Below, in pieces: positions 9,578 to 18,817 of a DNA stretch of 64,000 bases. Origin of the DNA: Candidatus Wallbacteria bacterium (GTDB lineage Bacteria; Muiribacteriota; JAQTZZ01); the NCBI GenBank assembly GCA_028687545.1, contig JAQTZZ010000010.1:50118-114117 (forward strand). The letters run 5' to 3'. The notes beneath the pieces were generated by a model. The model did not search any database, was not told the DNA's origin, and saw nothing but the letters and a program-made list of their open reading frames with translations. Positions within the stretch are counted from its first letter, which is position 1, and the number at the start of each line of letters is the position of its first letter. Both the position numbers and the translations under genes were made by a program.

Positions 9578-12217
9578 ATGAAGTCCGGTTTGCTAAATCT
9601 CAGCAGAAACGAAATTGTCGATATGCTGGCTGAAAAATCCCGCACAGGATGCGTCTGCGTCGCTGGCCTTTCCGGATCAGGCAAAACCTGGCTGGCTAAT
9701 GCACTGGCCGCTGAGATTCAGAAAAGAGGGAGAAATGCCCTGCAGATCGACTGCAGACGGGCCTGGACCACATCGGATGTTTACAGCGCTTTATCTGAAT
9801 CCCTGCTGCAGCTCACCTGTGACAACAGTGTTCAGGCTTTTTCCAGTGATCCCGGAAAGTTCCTCGGATTCATCTCACGAAAAAATATTACCCTGATCAT
9901 CGATAACTTCCATTTTGCGGAGAATCCAGAAACGATTGCTTTACTTGAAGAAGCGGCTTCTGGAAGAAACGGGATCGTGGTTTTCTCCAGAGAAAGGCCG
10001 AAAATGGACCTGGCAACCAAGGGTGAAGTCTTCACCTGCGTGTTACCGGGTTTAACTGAGCATGAAACAGGAGTGATGTTCGATTCCCTGTTCGAAGTCC
10101 AGGGCCAGGAGACGCCGGGTTATGAGGCGAAACAGGCAGTCTTCCGTTTGACTCAGGGTCACCCCTTTTCGATCAGGGTGATCTGCGCATTGCTTGGCCG
10201 GGGTAACCTGACACTGTCAGACCTCAAAAAAGGTGAAAATGAAACCCTGCTGGGCAATTACCTGGAATGGCCTGCCTGGAATGCCCAGTCTGATGATTTC
10301 AGGCATGTATTGAAACTGATCAGCATCATGCGCACTCAAGTCGACAGGGAAATTATCCGGGACATCGCCGGAGCGGACGCCGCAATAGTGCTGGAAAAGC
10401 TCCGGATTTCCTGCCTCTCAGAAATCGACCTGTACGGCAGGATCTCGCTGCCGCTGATCCTGAAGAATTTCATCAGGGGGAAGATTCCGGAGACCGAGCT
10501 GTTGGAGTTGCATAAAAAAACTGCAGTTCTGCTGCTTTGCAGATTCGGTTTCGAACCTGCCTACCTGGAAGAGATTTTCTACCATTTTTCCAGTGCAGGA
10601 GAATGGCATGCTGCTATCGACGCCCTGACCGGCTTTGGTGAGGAGAACCTTTTTCTACAGGGCACATGCAGTGGTCTCATCCCTCTTATCAGAAGTGGGG
10701 CTTGGGAAGATAACTACAAAAAGAAGGAGTTGAAGTTAGTGTTGATAGACCAGTTGATCCTCATGGAGAGATTCCAGGAAGCTCAGGAGGAAATCGAGGG
10801 GATCGGCGGGTTTTATGGTAAATTCTTTGCTGCAGGAATTGAGTACTTCAAGTGGAACAACGAATCTGCGCTTACCCAATACAGCAAACTTCTCAGCCAG
10901 ACCAGAGATCAAAAACAGAGATTTCTGGTGCTCAATAGAATTGCCTTATGTCATATTTTTATTGGCAATTTCGAGAAAGGCCGGGAGTTTCTTATAGAAT
11001 TATCAAAGATGCAGGAATTCGCTGCCAATCCGCTGGCTGCCATCAGGTTTTACATTTCCAGCACAAAGTTTTCTGAATACTGCGGGAAATACGATGATCA
11101 ACTCACTGCAATTGAAAAAACACTCGACCTGATGGAGGAAAACGGAATAAAAACCGGGCTAGGTATTATCCTGTATGTAAAAAGTTATTGTCTTGCGATG
11201 CTGGGCAGGAATGAGGAATCGGCCCGGGTGGCAGGGGAAACATTGAAGATTGCCGAGAAGCATGGTGATACTGTGCTTCTAGCGTTAGCATATGATCTGC
11301 ATGCATTACTCACTCGCTATGGCAGTGATTGGCGAAAGTCCATCGAGTACCGGCTCAAATGCATAGAATTATGCAGATGCTCAAATAACACTGTTCACAT
11401 AGCATCGCATCAGGTCGAAATCGGCACTGCCTATCTGAGACTTGGAGAAATAGAAACTGCTGAGCACTATTTCCAATTAGTCCTGGAAACTATCGACAGT
11501 ATCGAAGACATTGCGCTGAAAATCATAGCAATCAATTCCTATTGCGAGTTGCTGATCGCCACAGGCCGTTTCAGGGAAGCTCTGGAGCAGCTGCAGTCAG
11601 TCGAAAAGCAATTCCAGGGTAAATGTCCGCCACTTTGTACGAGCTTCAATTTTCTGATGGGAACATCCCTCGAAAAGCTTGGCGAAGCTGAAAAGGCCGG
11701 TCACTATTTCAGCCTCCACAGAATGGATCTGGATTCCATTCCCTCAGAAACCAGGAAACTATTCGAAAAGGAGGATGCCTGGCTGATTGCCAAGCTGCAG
11801 GAACCGAAGAAGATCAGGATCCTCCGCCGGGATACCGCTCCCGGATATATCAGCACAGAAGAAGTGGATTCCATACGCAGCCAGGCCGGGACTTTCGAAT
11901 TTTTTGCGGATTTTATGGGTTCATACGTAATTGTGGATGGAAGAAATATCGAAATCTTCAAGAAAAGGGTCATGGCGAGGATGTTGCAGGAACTGGTTTC
12001 AATCCCAGGGACCGAATTCAGCGCCGAACAACTTTATCCGAAGCTCTGGAACAGGAAATTCGAGCCTGAATCCGATGCAGGCACATTCCGCGCCGCTGTC
12101 TCCCGCCTGCGGAAAACTCTGGATCCGGACCATTCGCTCCGCTTCATCCTGAGCACTAAAGACTCCAGCGACTGCTGTTTCAACCCTGCAGTGAACTATT
12201 GCATACTGCTTCCCTGA
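9578..12217 (+). CDS. Signal-transduction P-loop NTPase (AAA_16/STAND-like) with TPR-like repeats and a C-terminal OmpR-type winged-helix domain
   Basis: Walker A GLSGSGKTW and Walker B LIIDNFH at the N-terminus. Helical repeat region in the middle. The C-terminus (FRAAVSRLRKTLDPD) resembles the trans_reg_C recognition helix. Paralog of 52302-55478. Confidence 0.6.
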   Translation: MKSGLLNLSRNEIVDMLAEKSRTGCVCVAGLSGSGKTWLANALAAEIQKRGRNALQIDCRRAWTTSDVYSALSESLLQLTCDNSVQAFSSDPGKFLGFISRKNITLIIDNFHFAENPETIALLEEAASGRNGIVVFSRERPKMDLATKGEVFTCVLPGLTEHETGVMFDSLFEVQGQETPGYEAKQAVFRLTQGHPFSIRVICALLGRGNLTLSDLKKGENETLLGNYLEWPAWNAQSDDFRHVLKLISIMRTQVDREIIRDIAGADAAIVLEKLRISCLSEIDLYGRISLPLILKNFIRGKIPETELLELHKKTAVLLLCRFGFEPAYLEEIFYHFSSAGEWHAAIDALTGFGEENLFLQGTCSGLIPLIRSGAWEDNYKKKELKLVLIDQLILMERFQEAQEEIEGIGGFYGKFFAAGIEYFKWNNESALTQYSKLLSQTRDQKQRFLVLNRIALCHIFIGNFEKGREFLIELSKMQEFAANPLAAIRFYISSTKFSEYCGKYDDQLTAIEKTLDLMEENGIKTGLGIILYVKSYCLAMLGRNEESARVAGETLKIAEKHGDTVLLALAYDLHALLTRYGSDWRKSIEYRLKCIELCRCSNNTVHIASHQVEIGTAYLRLGEIETAEHYFQLVLETIDSIEDIALKIIAINSYCELLIATGRFREALEQLQSVEKQFQGKCPPLCTSFNFLMGTSLEKLGEAEKAGHYFSLHRMDLDSIPSETRKLFEKEDAWLIAKLQEPKKIRILRRDTAPGYISTEEVDSIRSQAGTFEFFADFMGSYVIVDGRNIEIFKKRVMARMLQELVSIPGTEFSAEQLYPKLWNRKFEPESDAGTFRAAVSRLRKTLDPDHSLRFILSTKDSSDCCFNPAVNYCILLP

Positions 12218-12293
12218 ATCACTCAAATCTATTTGACGCAATCTGCTGCAATTTAGTACTTCAGTTACAGCTCATCCTGCGCATAATTTACTT

Positions 12294-13298
12294 ATGAACG
12301 AAAGTAGATGGTGGAGGTGTAAAATGAAAAGGAACGTAACAAGAGAAATCATCACAGGAATCCTGATGGCAATGTTGATCGTGCTGCAGTACGGAGCGGT
12401 CTGTGCAGGTGAAACACAAGTCGGTTCAGGGTTGAATTCAGATCATTCCGCGTATTGCGTCGTTGATCCTTCGGAAGCCAATGTTTACATCGATCCTGCA
12501 GCAGCTACAGGAGCCAGGGAAAGTGCGGCAGTGGGTAAGCTCCCGCAGGGAATCAGATGCCAGGTAGTTGCAGAGGAGGACGAAGCCTTGCAGGTTGTCT
12601 GTGAAACAGGGGAAAAATTCTGGATCAACGTGCATGACGTCAAACAGGCGAAATCAGAGCCTGCAGCCGTGTCTACAGGTGAATCAACTGTGAAATACAG
12701 TGTTTTCTGGGACGTAACAGTCACTGTCAGGCCCGAAAGCACGACAAACAACCAGACCATCAATAAAGAATACAGATGGCTGATCGGCAAGTGCGAAACA
12801 GTGGATGAAGGCATCAAGCTCTCAGAAAAACTCATGGGCATCACTTCTGAAGAGAACAAGAAAATCTTTGAGGAAATCAGGAAAAAAGTATGCCAGGACC
12901 TGAATCAGGAAATCGCTGAAAATCAGATGGAGATATACGTGCACTTCGCAGCTGAAAAAGACATCGTTCAGGTTAACGATCCATCACTTAAGGGCGACAG
13001 TCACCCGAGATTCAAAGTTTACTGGGACGTTAAAGTCACTGTCCGGCCTGAAGGCCAGACAAGCAGTCAGACTATCAATAAAGATTACAGATGGTTGATC
13101 GGCAAGTGCGAAACAGCAGACGAAGGCAACAAGCTCTCCGAAAAACTCATGAACATCACTTCTGAAGAAAACAAGAAAATCTATGAGGAAATCAGGAAAA
13201 AAGTATGCCTGGACCTGAATCAGGAAATCGCTGAAAATCAGCTTGAAACATTCTGTCACTTCTCACCTGAAAAAGACATTGTTGAGTGCAGAAATTGA
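12294..13298 (+). CDS. Secreted hypothetical protein with two tandem ~95-aa repeats
   Basis: Likely start at 12324 (MKRNVTREIITGILMAMLIVLQYGAVCAG signal peptide). Two ~90%-identical tandem units (VFWDVTVTVRPE...EKDIVQV and VYWDVKVTVRPE...EKDIVEC) lie at about 12700-12970 and 13015-13290. Confidence 0.6.
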   Translation: MNESRWWRCKMKRNVTREIITGILMAMLIVLQYGAVCAGETQVGSGLNSDHSAYCVVDPSEANVYIDPAAATGARESAAVGKLPQGIRCQVVAEEDEALQVVCETGEKFWINVHDVKQAKSEPAAVSTGESTVKYSVFWDVTVTVRPESTTNNQTINKEYRWLIGKCETVDEGIKLSEKLMGITSEENKKIFEEIRKKVCQDLNQEIAENQMEIYVHFAAEKDIVQVNDPSLKGDSHPRFKVYWDVKVTVRPEGQTSSQTINKDYRWLIGKCETADEGNKLSEKLMNITSEENKKIYEEIRKKVCLDLNQEIAENQLETFCHFSPEKDIVECRN

Positions 13299-13327
13299 TC
13301 GGAATTCCAGAATAAAGTATGGCAACT

Positions 13328-13358
13328 AAAAGGGGCTGTCCAAAAAGACGGCCCCTTT
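13328..13358 (+). terminator. Putative intrinsic terminator
   Basis: aaaggggcugUc-caaaaa-gacGgccccuuu hairpin, 30 nt after the stop of 12294-13298. It shares a GTCCAAAAAG core with a hairpin near 25905. Confidence 0.4.
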
Positions 13359-13513
13359 GCACAGTGCACTACTCTATTAAAGCGCAGCAGAAAGATCTGA
13401 AGATATGCGTTTTGATGTGTCCTGAGGCTGCGGAAACCGGATTTTTATTATACAATGTAGTCAGAATTTCGTGGACTATAGCCCCACGCCCGATCAGCGC
13501 AAAGGAGTAACAC

Positions 13514-14935
13514 ATGGAAGCACCTTTTTCCCAATACCTTGAGCAGAGGATACCTGCTCTAAGTGAGCTGCTGGCCAGCCTGGCAGACAGGTTTCAGTTC
13601 ATTTCCATTTTAGGCGCAGACACGTCAGGCAAGGAATTCGCAGTCTCCAGATCCGCTTCCGAGATCAAACCAACGGCCTTTACCGAGTGCGGTTTCGTCA
13701 TCAGGATGCAGAGGCAGGGCGTTCTCGGGGAATTCTCCATCAACGGGCTGCCGGCCGACATGGAAAAACTGCACGATCTGATCTGCACCAAAGCTGAGAA
13801 GATCTTCAGTTTCAGCGATAGATTCGACACTCAGCTCTATCCGGCGATCAGCTGTACAGGTGGAAACGAGAATTTCCGCCAGAAAGTCGAAGTTGTTCCG
13901 GACGAGAGCGACACTGAACACATCATGGCCCGGCTCAAAACGATCCTTGACCGGCTTTTGAACTTCAACAGCAAGGTTTCCGGCATCACGCTCAAATTCA
14001 GCTATGAAAAGTGTTCCAAGTTTTTCCTGACTCCTGCCGGTTGCCTGACCCAGTCACTGGTTTACTGCGACAATCCTGTCTATGTCAATGTCAGGGATGA
14101 TCATGGCTGCAGAAATCTATACCAGGTCCTGTCCAGGGCAGCGGGGCTGGAAGTCCTGGACCTGATCGAGGAAAACCTGGTAACTGCCGTCAAAAGGGCT
14201 CTGGAATTGCCGGGATCGGCAGCGGTTGAGCCCGGAATTTACGAGATCATCTGTTCCCCGGATATCTCGGGCCTGATCGCCCACGAAACATTCGGCCATG
14301 GTACAGAAGCCGACATGCTGGTGCAGAAAAGGGCTCTTTCCGCACAGTATATCGGCCGGCAGGTCGCTAACCCAGTAGTAACCCTGTTCGACAATCCCAC
14401 CCTGGCAGGCGGATACGGCTCATACTTTTTTGACGATGAGGGCACTCCGGCTTCCTGCACGGAAATCATCGGCAAAGGTGTGCTGCTTTTACCGATTTCA
14501 GATCTGCCCTCAGCCTGGATGACAGGTTTTCCCGCTACCGGGAACGGGCGCAGGGAATCGTTCAAAAGAAAGGCTTACCCGCGCATGTCAAATACCTACT
14601 TCGCCCCAGGCGAATCCAGCCTGGACGAAATGATCCGCTCAGTCGGCCGGGGTTTCCTGCTCGAATGCGGAGGCGGGGGTGTGGAAGACCCCAAAAACTG
14701 GCATCTGCATTGTTCCAGCCAGTTCGGCCGTGAAATAGCGGACGGCAGGCTGACCGGCAGGATTGTGTCTCCGGTAATCCTGACCGGATTCGTTCCTGAT
14801 CTGCTTCAATCCATCAGCATGGTCTCCAGGGAAACCTCATTTGACTGGGGAGGCATCTGCACCAAAGGCCGGAAAGAAGGCGCCAGGGTCACACTCGGCG
14901 GCCCTTACATTAAAGCGCTGGGGAGGCTCGGATGA
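13514..14935 (+). CDS. TldD/PmbA-family metallopeptidase
   Basis: HETFGHGTEAD matches the TldD HExxxH...ExD zinc motif. Ends in GGPYIKALG. Its stop overlaps the next start (ATGA). Confidence 0.8.
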   Translation: MEAPFSQYLEQRIPALSELLASLADRFQFISILGADTSGKEFAVSRSASEIKPTAFTECGFVIRMQRQGVLGEFSINGLPADMEKLHDLICTKAEKIFSFSDRFDTQLYPAISCTGGNENFRQKVEVVPDESDTEHIMARLKTILDRLLNFNSKVSGITLKFSYEKCSKFFLTPAGCLTQSLVYCDNPVYVNVRDDHGCRNLYQVLSRAAGLEVLDLIEENLVTAVKRALELPGSAAVEPGIYEIICSPDISGLIAHETFGHGTEADMLVQKRALSAQYIGRQVANPVVTLFDNPTLAGGYGSYFFDDEGTPASCTEIIGKGVLLLPISDLPSAWMTGFPATGNGRRESFKRKAYPRMSNTYFAPGESSLDEMIRSVGRGFLLECGGGGVEDPKNWHLHCSSQFGREIADGRLTGRIVSPVILTGFVPDLLQSISMVSRETSFDWGGICTKGRKEGARVTLGGPYIKALGRLG

Positions 14936-16221
14936 TTGATAAGCTGATAAATTGTCTTAGGGAACGGGGCATAGACATCTGGCAGATCAGGGAAAACGGC
15001 ATCAGTTCAGCTGAAGCATTCCTGAACGGAAGCAAGCTGGAAATGTTGCGCCTGTCGGACCTGTCAAGCTTCAACCTCAAAATCTTCAAGCCCGCGGCGA
15101 GCGGGGAAAAGGATCTGGGAATCGCCCAGGCTGAAATCAGCGCGGGTGCAACAAATGACGAACTTATCAGGGCTGTGGATCAACTGGCAGCCACCGCAGA
15201 CCAGGCCCGGGTACCATGGTTTCCTATGCCGGACTCCGGGACTCGCGATTTCCGTATAAAAACGGCCACTGATGCTGATCTGCTTTCAGTGCTGGAAACC
15301 GTGTCCGGATTGCTGAAGGAAACTGCTGCTTCCGAAGATTTCTTTGTCAACCACGCCGAGATTTTCTCTACCCAGTCTCTGGTCAGCCATCGCGATTCCT
15401 CAGGCAGCTTCCTTCAGCAGAACATCGGTTCCGGAATTCTGGAGCTGGCTGCCGAAGTCTGCAGCCGGACCGGCACGGAATGCCAGATTTATCTAACCTT
15501 TTCCGGTAATGATAAGGATTTTATCCGCAATACAGTCTGCGAACAGATCAAGGCTTCCAGAGCTAAAATTCAAGCTGTGCCGACACCTGCCGGCCTCAAG
15601 TGCCCGGTAATCATCACCAGACCCGCTGTCACCAGATTTATGGACTACTTTGCCAGACGAGCCGATGCAGCATGCAACTATGGCAGCAGCCAGGCGCTCA
15701 GACCGGGGGACAGCATCCAGGGGCAGGACCCGCGAGGTGATCTTCTGGATATCGAACTGATCCCATGCCTGGAAAACTCATCGTACTCCAGCTGGTTTGA
15801 TCAGGACGGGGTGATCCTGAAAAAGACCAGGATCATCGAACAGGGGAAGCTGAAAAACTACTGGGGATCAGCCCAGTATTGCCACTATCTGGGCCTGGAA
15901 CCGGTTGGCAGGATCGAGAACATCCTCGTATCCGGCGGCAAACATCCGCTTTCCGTCCTCAGGCAGCCCCCATGTCTCGAAGTGCATGAATTTTCAGCCT
16001 TTTTCATCATTCCTGGATCAGGCTATTTCCAGGGCGAGATCCGCTTAGGCTGGTATTCAGACGGAAAATCCCGATCTGCGGTTACCGGAGGTTCTGTTTC
16101 CGGCCGGATCAGCGATGTCTGCGGGAACATGCTCTTTTCGTCGGAGATTCTGCAGTCCGGCTGTTTTCGCGGGCCTGTGGCAGTCAGACTCGACCCTGTG
16201 TCAATCGGGGGAGGAGGGTAA
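14932..16221 (+). CDS. TldD/PmbA-family protein (TldE/PmbA-like partner)
   Basis: Translationally coupled to the TldD-like gene. Size and a Gly-rich C-terminus (GGGG) fit the PmbA/TldE family. It lacks the HExxxH motif. Confidence 0.55.
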   Translation: MIDKLINCLRERGIDIWQIRENGISSAEAFLNGSKLEMLRLSDLSSFNLKIFKPAASGEKDLGIAQAEISAGATNDELIRAVDQLAATADQARVPWFPMPDSGTRDFRIKTATDADLLSVLETVSGLLKETAASEDFFVNHAEIFSTQSLVSHRDSSGSFLQQNIGSGILELAAEVCSRTGTECQIYLTFSGNDKDFIRNTVCEQIKASRAKIQAVPTPAGLKCPVIITRPAVTRFMDYFARRADAACNYGSSQALRPGDSIQGQDPRGDLLDIELIPCLENSSYSSWFDQDGVILKKTRIIEQGKLKNYWGSAQYCHYLGLEPVGRIENILVSGGKHPLSVLRQPPCLEVHEFSAFFIIPGSGYFQGEIRLGWYSDGKSRSAVTGGSVSGRISDVCGNMLFSSEILQSGCFRGPVAVRLDPVSIGGGG

Positions 16222-16334
16222 TCTGGATCCCGTCTCTCTGATGTCGTGCAAAATACCGGATTGATTTTTTTAGCGATGATTTAATAAACTATCCTGCAAG
16301 CACTGAACTCTTAAGCAGCTGTAAAAAAGAGAAG

Positions 16335-16871
16335 ATGGATAAAACACCAGTACCTTTAAAAAATGAAGTGCTCCGCAATGCAGTGATAGATGATGCGCTG
16401 GAAATTTGTAAGATTTATAATTATTACATCGAGAATACCATTATTTCTTTCGAAGAGGTTCCTGTTTCAGTCGAGGAGATGAAAAACCGAATCAGGGAAG
16501 TAACTGAAAAATATCCCTGGCTGGTTTGTGAGAAGAATGGCAGTATTGCCGGCTATGCCTATGCAAGCAAATGGAAAGATAGAACAGCGTATAGATATTC
16601 TGCCGAGAGCTCTATTTATCTTGCTCAAGATGCCGTAGGGCAGGGAATCGGAAACAAACTTTACAAAGCGTTGATTTCCAGAATTTCCGGGATGTCCATA
16701 CATTCGGTCATCGGCGGAATTGCCTTGCCGAATCCGGCCAGTGTGGCGTTGCATGAAAAACTTGGGTTTAAAAAAGTTGCCTGCTTCAAGGAGATAGGCA
16801 GAAAATTCAGCCAATGGATCGATGTAGGTTACTGGGAACTTATTATTGACGATTCCAGACCGGAAAGGTGA
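16335..16871 (+). CDS. GNAT family N-acetyltransferase
   Basis: Motif A QGIGNKLY and the overall GNAT topology. About 178 aa. Confidence 0.85.
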   Translation: MDKTPVPLKNEVLRNAVIDDALEICKIYNYYIENTIISFEEVPVSVEEMKNRIREVTEKYPWLVCEKNGSIAGYAYASKWKDRTAYRYSAESSIYLAQDAVGQGIGNKLYKALISRISGMSIHSVIGGIALPNPASVALHEKLGFKKVACFKEIGRKFSQWIDVGYWELIIDDSRPER

Positions 16872-16879
16872 AATTAAAA

Positions 16880-16911
16880 GGCAATGAAAGCAACAACTGG
16901 TTTTGGAGTGA
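16880..16911 (+). repeat. 32-bp remnant of the YciI-domain 3' end
   Basis: ggcaatgaaagcaacaactggttttggagtga versus ggcaatgaaagtaacaactggcttttggagtga at 9391-9422. Confidence 0.5.
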
Positions 16912-16925
16912 CTTGCAATGAGCTG

Positions 16926-17231
16926 TTACTTGCCAGCTCTCTTCTGCAGGATGGCCTTGCGCTCACTTAGAGACTTCTGGAATTCTTGATCAGACATCGA
17001 AGGATCACGCAATTTCAAAAAAATCTCGCAGGGAAACTGTGAACACAGACCACAATGTTCCAGGCATTTTTCATTCGTGCAGCAGTGGTAAACCGGGCAC
17101 CCAGATTCTCCCGGCGCTGAGGACCAAAATGGCTTGCCTCCGGTCTGCCTGCACCCGGTGCAATCTTTTTTTAAATGGGAGCAGCCTCCACAGATATAGC
17201 CGCATGGAGGTGCGGCATTTACATCAAACAT
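16926..17231 (-). CDS. DUF3795-like cysteine-rich protein, paralog A
   Basis: Twelve or more Cys in CxxC/CC patterns. Paralog of 35652-35966. The flanking DNA is also shared. Confidence 0.55.
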   Translation of the reverse strand: MFDVNAAPPCGYICGGCSHLKKDCTGCRQTGGKPFWSSAPGESGCPVYHCCTNEKCLEHCGLCSQFPCEIFLKLRDPSMSDQEFQKSLSERKAILQKRAGK

Positions 17232-17277
17232 TTCCCCTCCTTCGTGAAATCTTGTTCATTTTACTTTTTTCGGTTGG

Positions 17278-17349
17278 CTCAGGAAGCTCTTTCGCTGTAA
17301 GCCTGATCAGTTCGCTGATCCATTCCCGGTCTTCAAACCTGTCTTCGAT
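17278..17349 (-). pseudogene. Non-coding remnant of the TfoX-N gene 3' end
   Basis: More than 90% identical to the coding 3' end of the TfoX gene at about 36000-36075 (encoding DREWISELIRLTAEELPEP). Confidence 0.55.
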
Positions 17350-17386
17350 TGGAAAACGCAGCTTTGCTCCGTGATAGGGAGATGCC

Positions 17387-17893
17387 TTAAACCAGACCGG
17401 CCTTGCTCAGCGGGTTTTCGAAATGCTCCAGCTTTTCCCAGTTATCACGGATTATGTCGCGGATCAGAGTCCGGTTTACTATCTCAAGTAAAATGCCATC
17501 AGGGTCTTGAAAATAAACCGCATAGTAATCAGCACCGAATTCTAGATAGAGGCCGGGTTCGCTGACTTCTATGCCCAGCTTGCTCAGGCCTTGAGCAGCC
17601 AGGTCTACTGCGTTCATATCAGTCACCTGAAAGCACAAATGATGCAGACCCGGCACCAACTGGTCGTGCAAAGCCGCATCTGACCTTGCCGGCCGCAAAG
17701 TGTATTGCAGAGCACGGTTAAAATAATGAACATGGGGCTGTCCGTCTATAGAACCTGTTCCCTTGTGAAACCCCAGCAGCTTCATCACGGCATCGTAGAA
17801 CACAGTGGACCTGGACAGGTTCGAGACTGTGATATAGATGTGGTCTATGCTTAGTACTTCAAGCGCCATCAGCGAACCTTTTCCTGAAGCCAT
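17387..17893 (-). CDS. VOC (glyoxalase/bleomycin-resistance/dioxygenase) family protein
   Basis: Two beta-alpha-beta-beta-beta modules (HIYITVSNLSRSTVFY...; HLCFQVTDMNAVD). The first five codons (MASGK) and the upstream promoter region are shared with the TfoX gene at 36312-36480. Confidence 0.75.
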   Translation of the reverse strand: MASGKGSLMALEVLSIDHIYITVSNLSRSTVFYDAVMKLLGFHKGTGSIDGQPHVHYFNRALQYTLRPARSDAALHDQLVPGLHHLCFQVTDMNAVDLAAQGLSKLGIEVSEPGLYLEFGADYYAVYFQDPDGILLEIVNRTLIRDIIRDNWEKLEHFENPLSKAGLV

Positions 17894-18104
17894 TTTCTCT
17901 CCTTTCCCCCACCTTGTGCAGTGATTATTTTACAGTATTTTTTCAGGATAAAAAGTATTTAAGCATATCAAAACGCAGCACGAAAAGGCAGGATAGATGC
18001 GCTTTGAGGTGTATTCAGGCTGAGAAAACCTGATATTCGTGATACAATTTGTTGATCGAAAGGGTTTGAATAAAGAAGCGCAAGCAAAAACCGGTTGGAA
18101 GAAG

Positions 18105-18170
18105 GAGGGCCTAGTGAAGTGTTTCCCCGAAGTAATCAGTCAATTGCCTCAGGCTGATGTACTCCGTTCT
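18105..18170 (+). pseudogene. 5' remnant of the cupin gene
   Basis: KCFPEVISQLPQADV versus MKYFPEVISQLAQADV of 6157-6516. It is embedded in ORF 18039-18251, which is otherwise unsupported. Confidence 0.5.
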
Positions 18171-18201
18171 GATCCTTCTGCTGACAGGAAAGGATTTTTT
18201 T

Positions 18202-18465
18202 TTAAACAAACGCTCTATATGCTTCCTTACGGTCACGGATCCGTAGGATGAAGATTTCCAGACAATCACGCCTGATCTGATAAATGATTCGATAGGATTT
18301 AACCCTGAATTTGAGATACCCTTTCCATGGACCTTTCAAAGGAATACCGGCATAGGGATTTTTCCGGATTTTTTCGATGGCTTTTTTGATGTCAAGTGCG
18401 GTAATCCTCTCGAATCTGGAAAGTTCCTTTACTGCAGCAGGATGAAAAACAACCTTATATTCCAA
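18202..18465 (-). CDS. RelE/ParE-family type II toxin
   Basis: Probable TTG start giving MEYKVVFHPAAVKEL, a typical RelE/ParE N-terminus. It overlaps the antitoxin stop by 11 nt. 88 aa. Confidence 0.7.
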   Translation of the reverse strand: MEYKVVFHPAAVKELSRFERITALDIKKAIEKIRKNPYAGIPLKGPWKGYLKFRVKSYRIIYQIRRDCLEIFILRIRDRKEAYRAFV

Positions 18466-18673
18466 GATCACTGAAAACAGTCTCTGCTGAAACACCCTTT
18501 TTACCGTCCCTGGAGCGCTTCTGCGCCACATAGCCGTCAATGGCGTCTTCCAGAAATTCCCTGATCGCCTTGCGGATTATCCAGGGTTTCTTCTTTCCGG
18601 ACTGTTCGCTGAATTCGTCCAGCATTCTGGATAAATCCTCAGGAAGAGAAATGCTCATAGTCTCTTTATTCAT
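18455..18673 (-). CDS. Ribbon-helix-helix (CopG/RelB-type) antitoxin
   Basis: MNKETMSISLPEDLSRMLDEF RHH N-terminus. GAGGT RBS 5 nt upstream of the ATG at 18673. Immediately upstream of the toxin. Confidence 0.7.
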   Translation of the reverse strand: MNKETMSISLPEDLSRMLDEFSEQSGKKKPWIIRKAIREFLEDAIDGYVAQKRSRDGKKGVSAETVFSDLGI

Positions 18674-18817
18674 ATTACCTCGCCTGTACAAACTATATCC
18701 GTTTCAGGAATCTTGTCAATAATAAAGTATTCGCGCAAATGATGCGTCTTGATTTGCATTGATGCTGTATTAACCGGTTTTTCATGATAGATTTTATTTG
18801 TGAAGGTGGGAGGATAA

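Noticed and set aside
6045-9600. Possible integron cassette array with attC sites
   Set aside because: I looked for RYYYAAC...GTTRRRY imperfect inverted repeats at cassette boundaries and for intI. None were convincing. Genes are on both strands. I kept the observation as 'cassette-like' but did not call an integron.
13319-13510. 63-aa ORF after the tandem-repeat gene
   Set aside because: It overlaps the terminator hairpin and the RBS region of the TldD gene. No coding signal.
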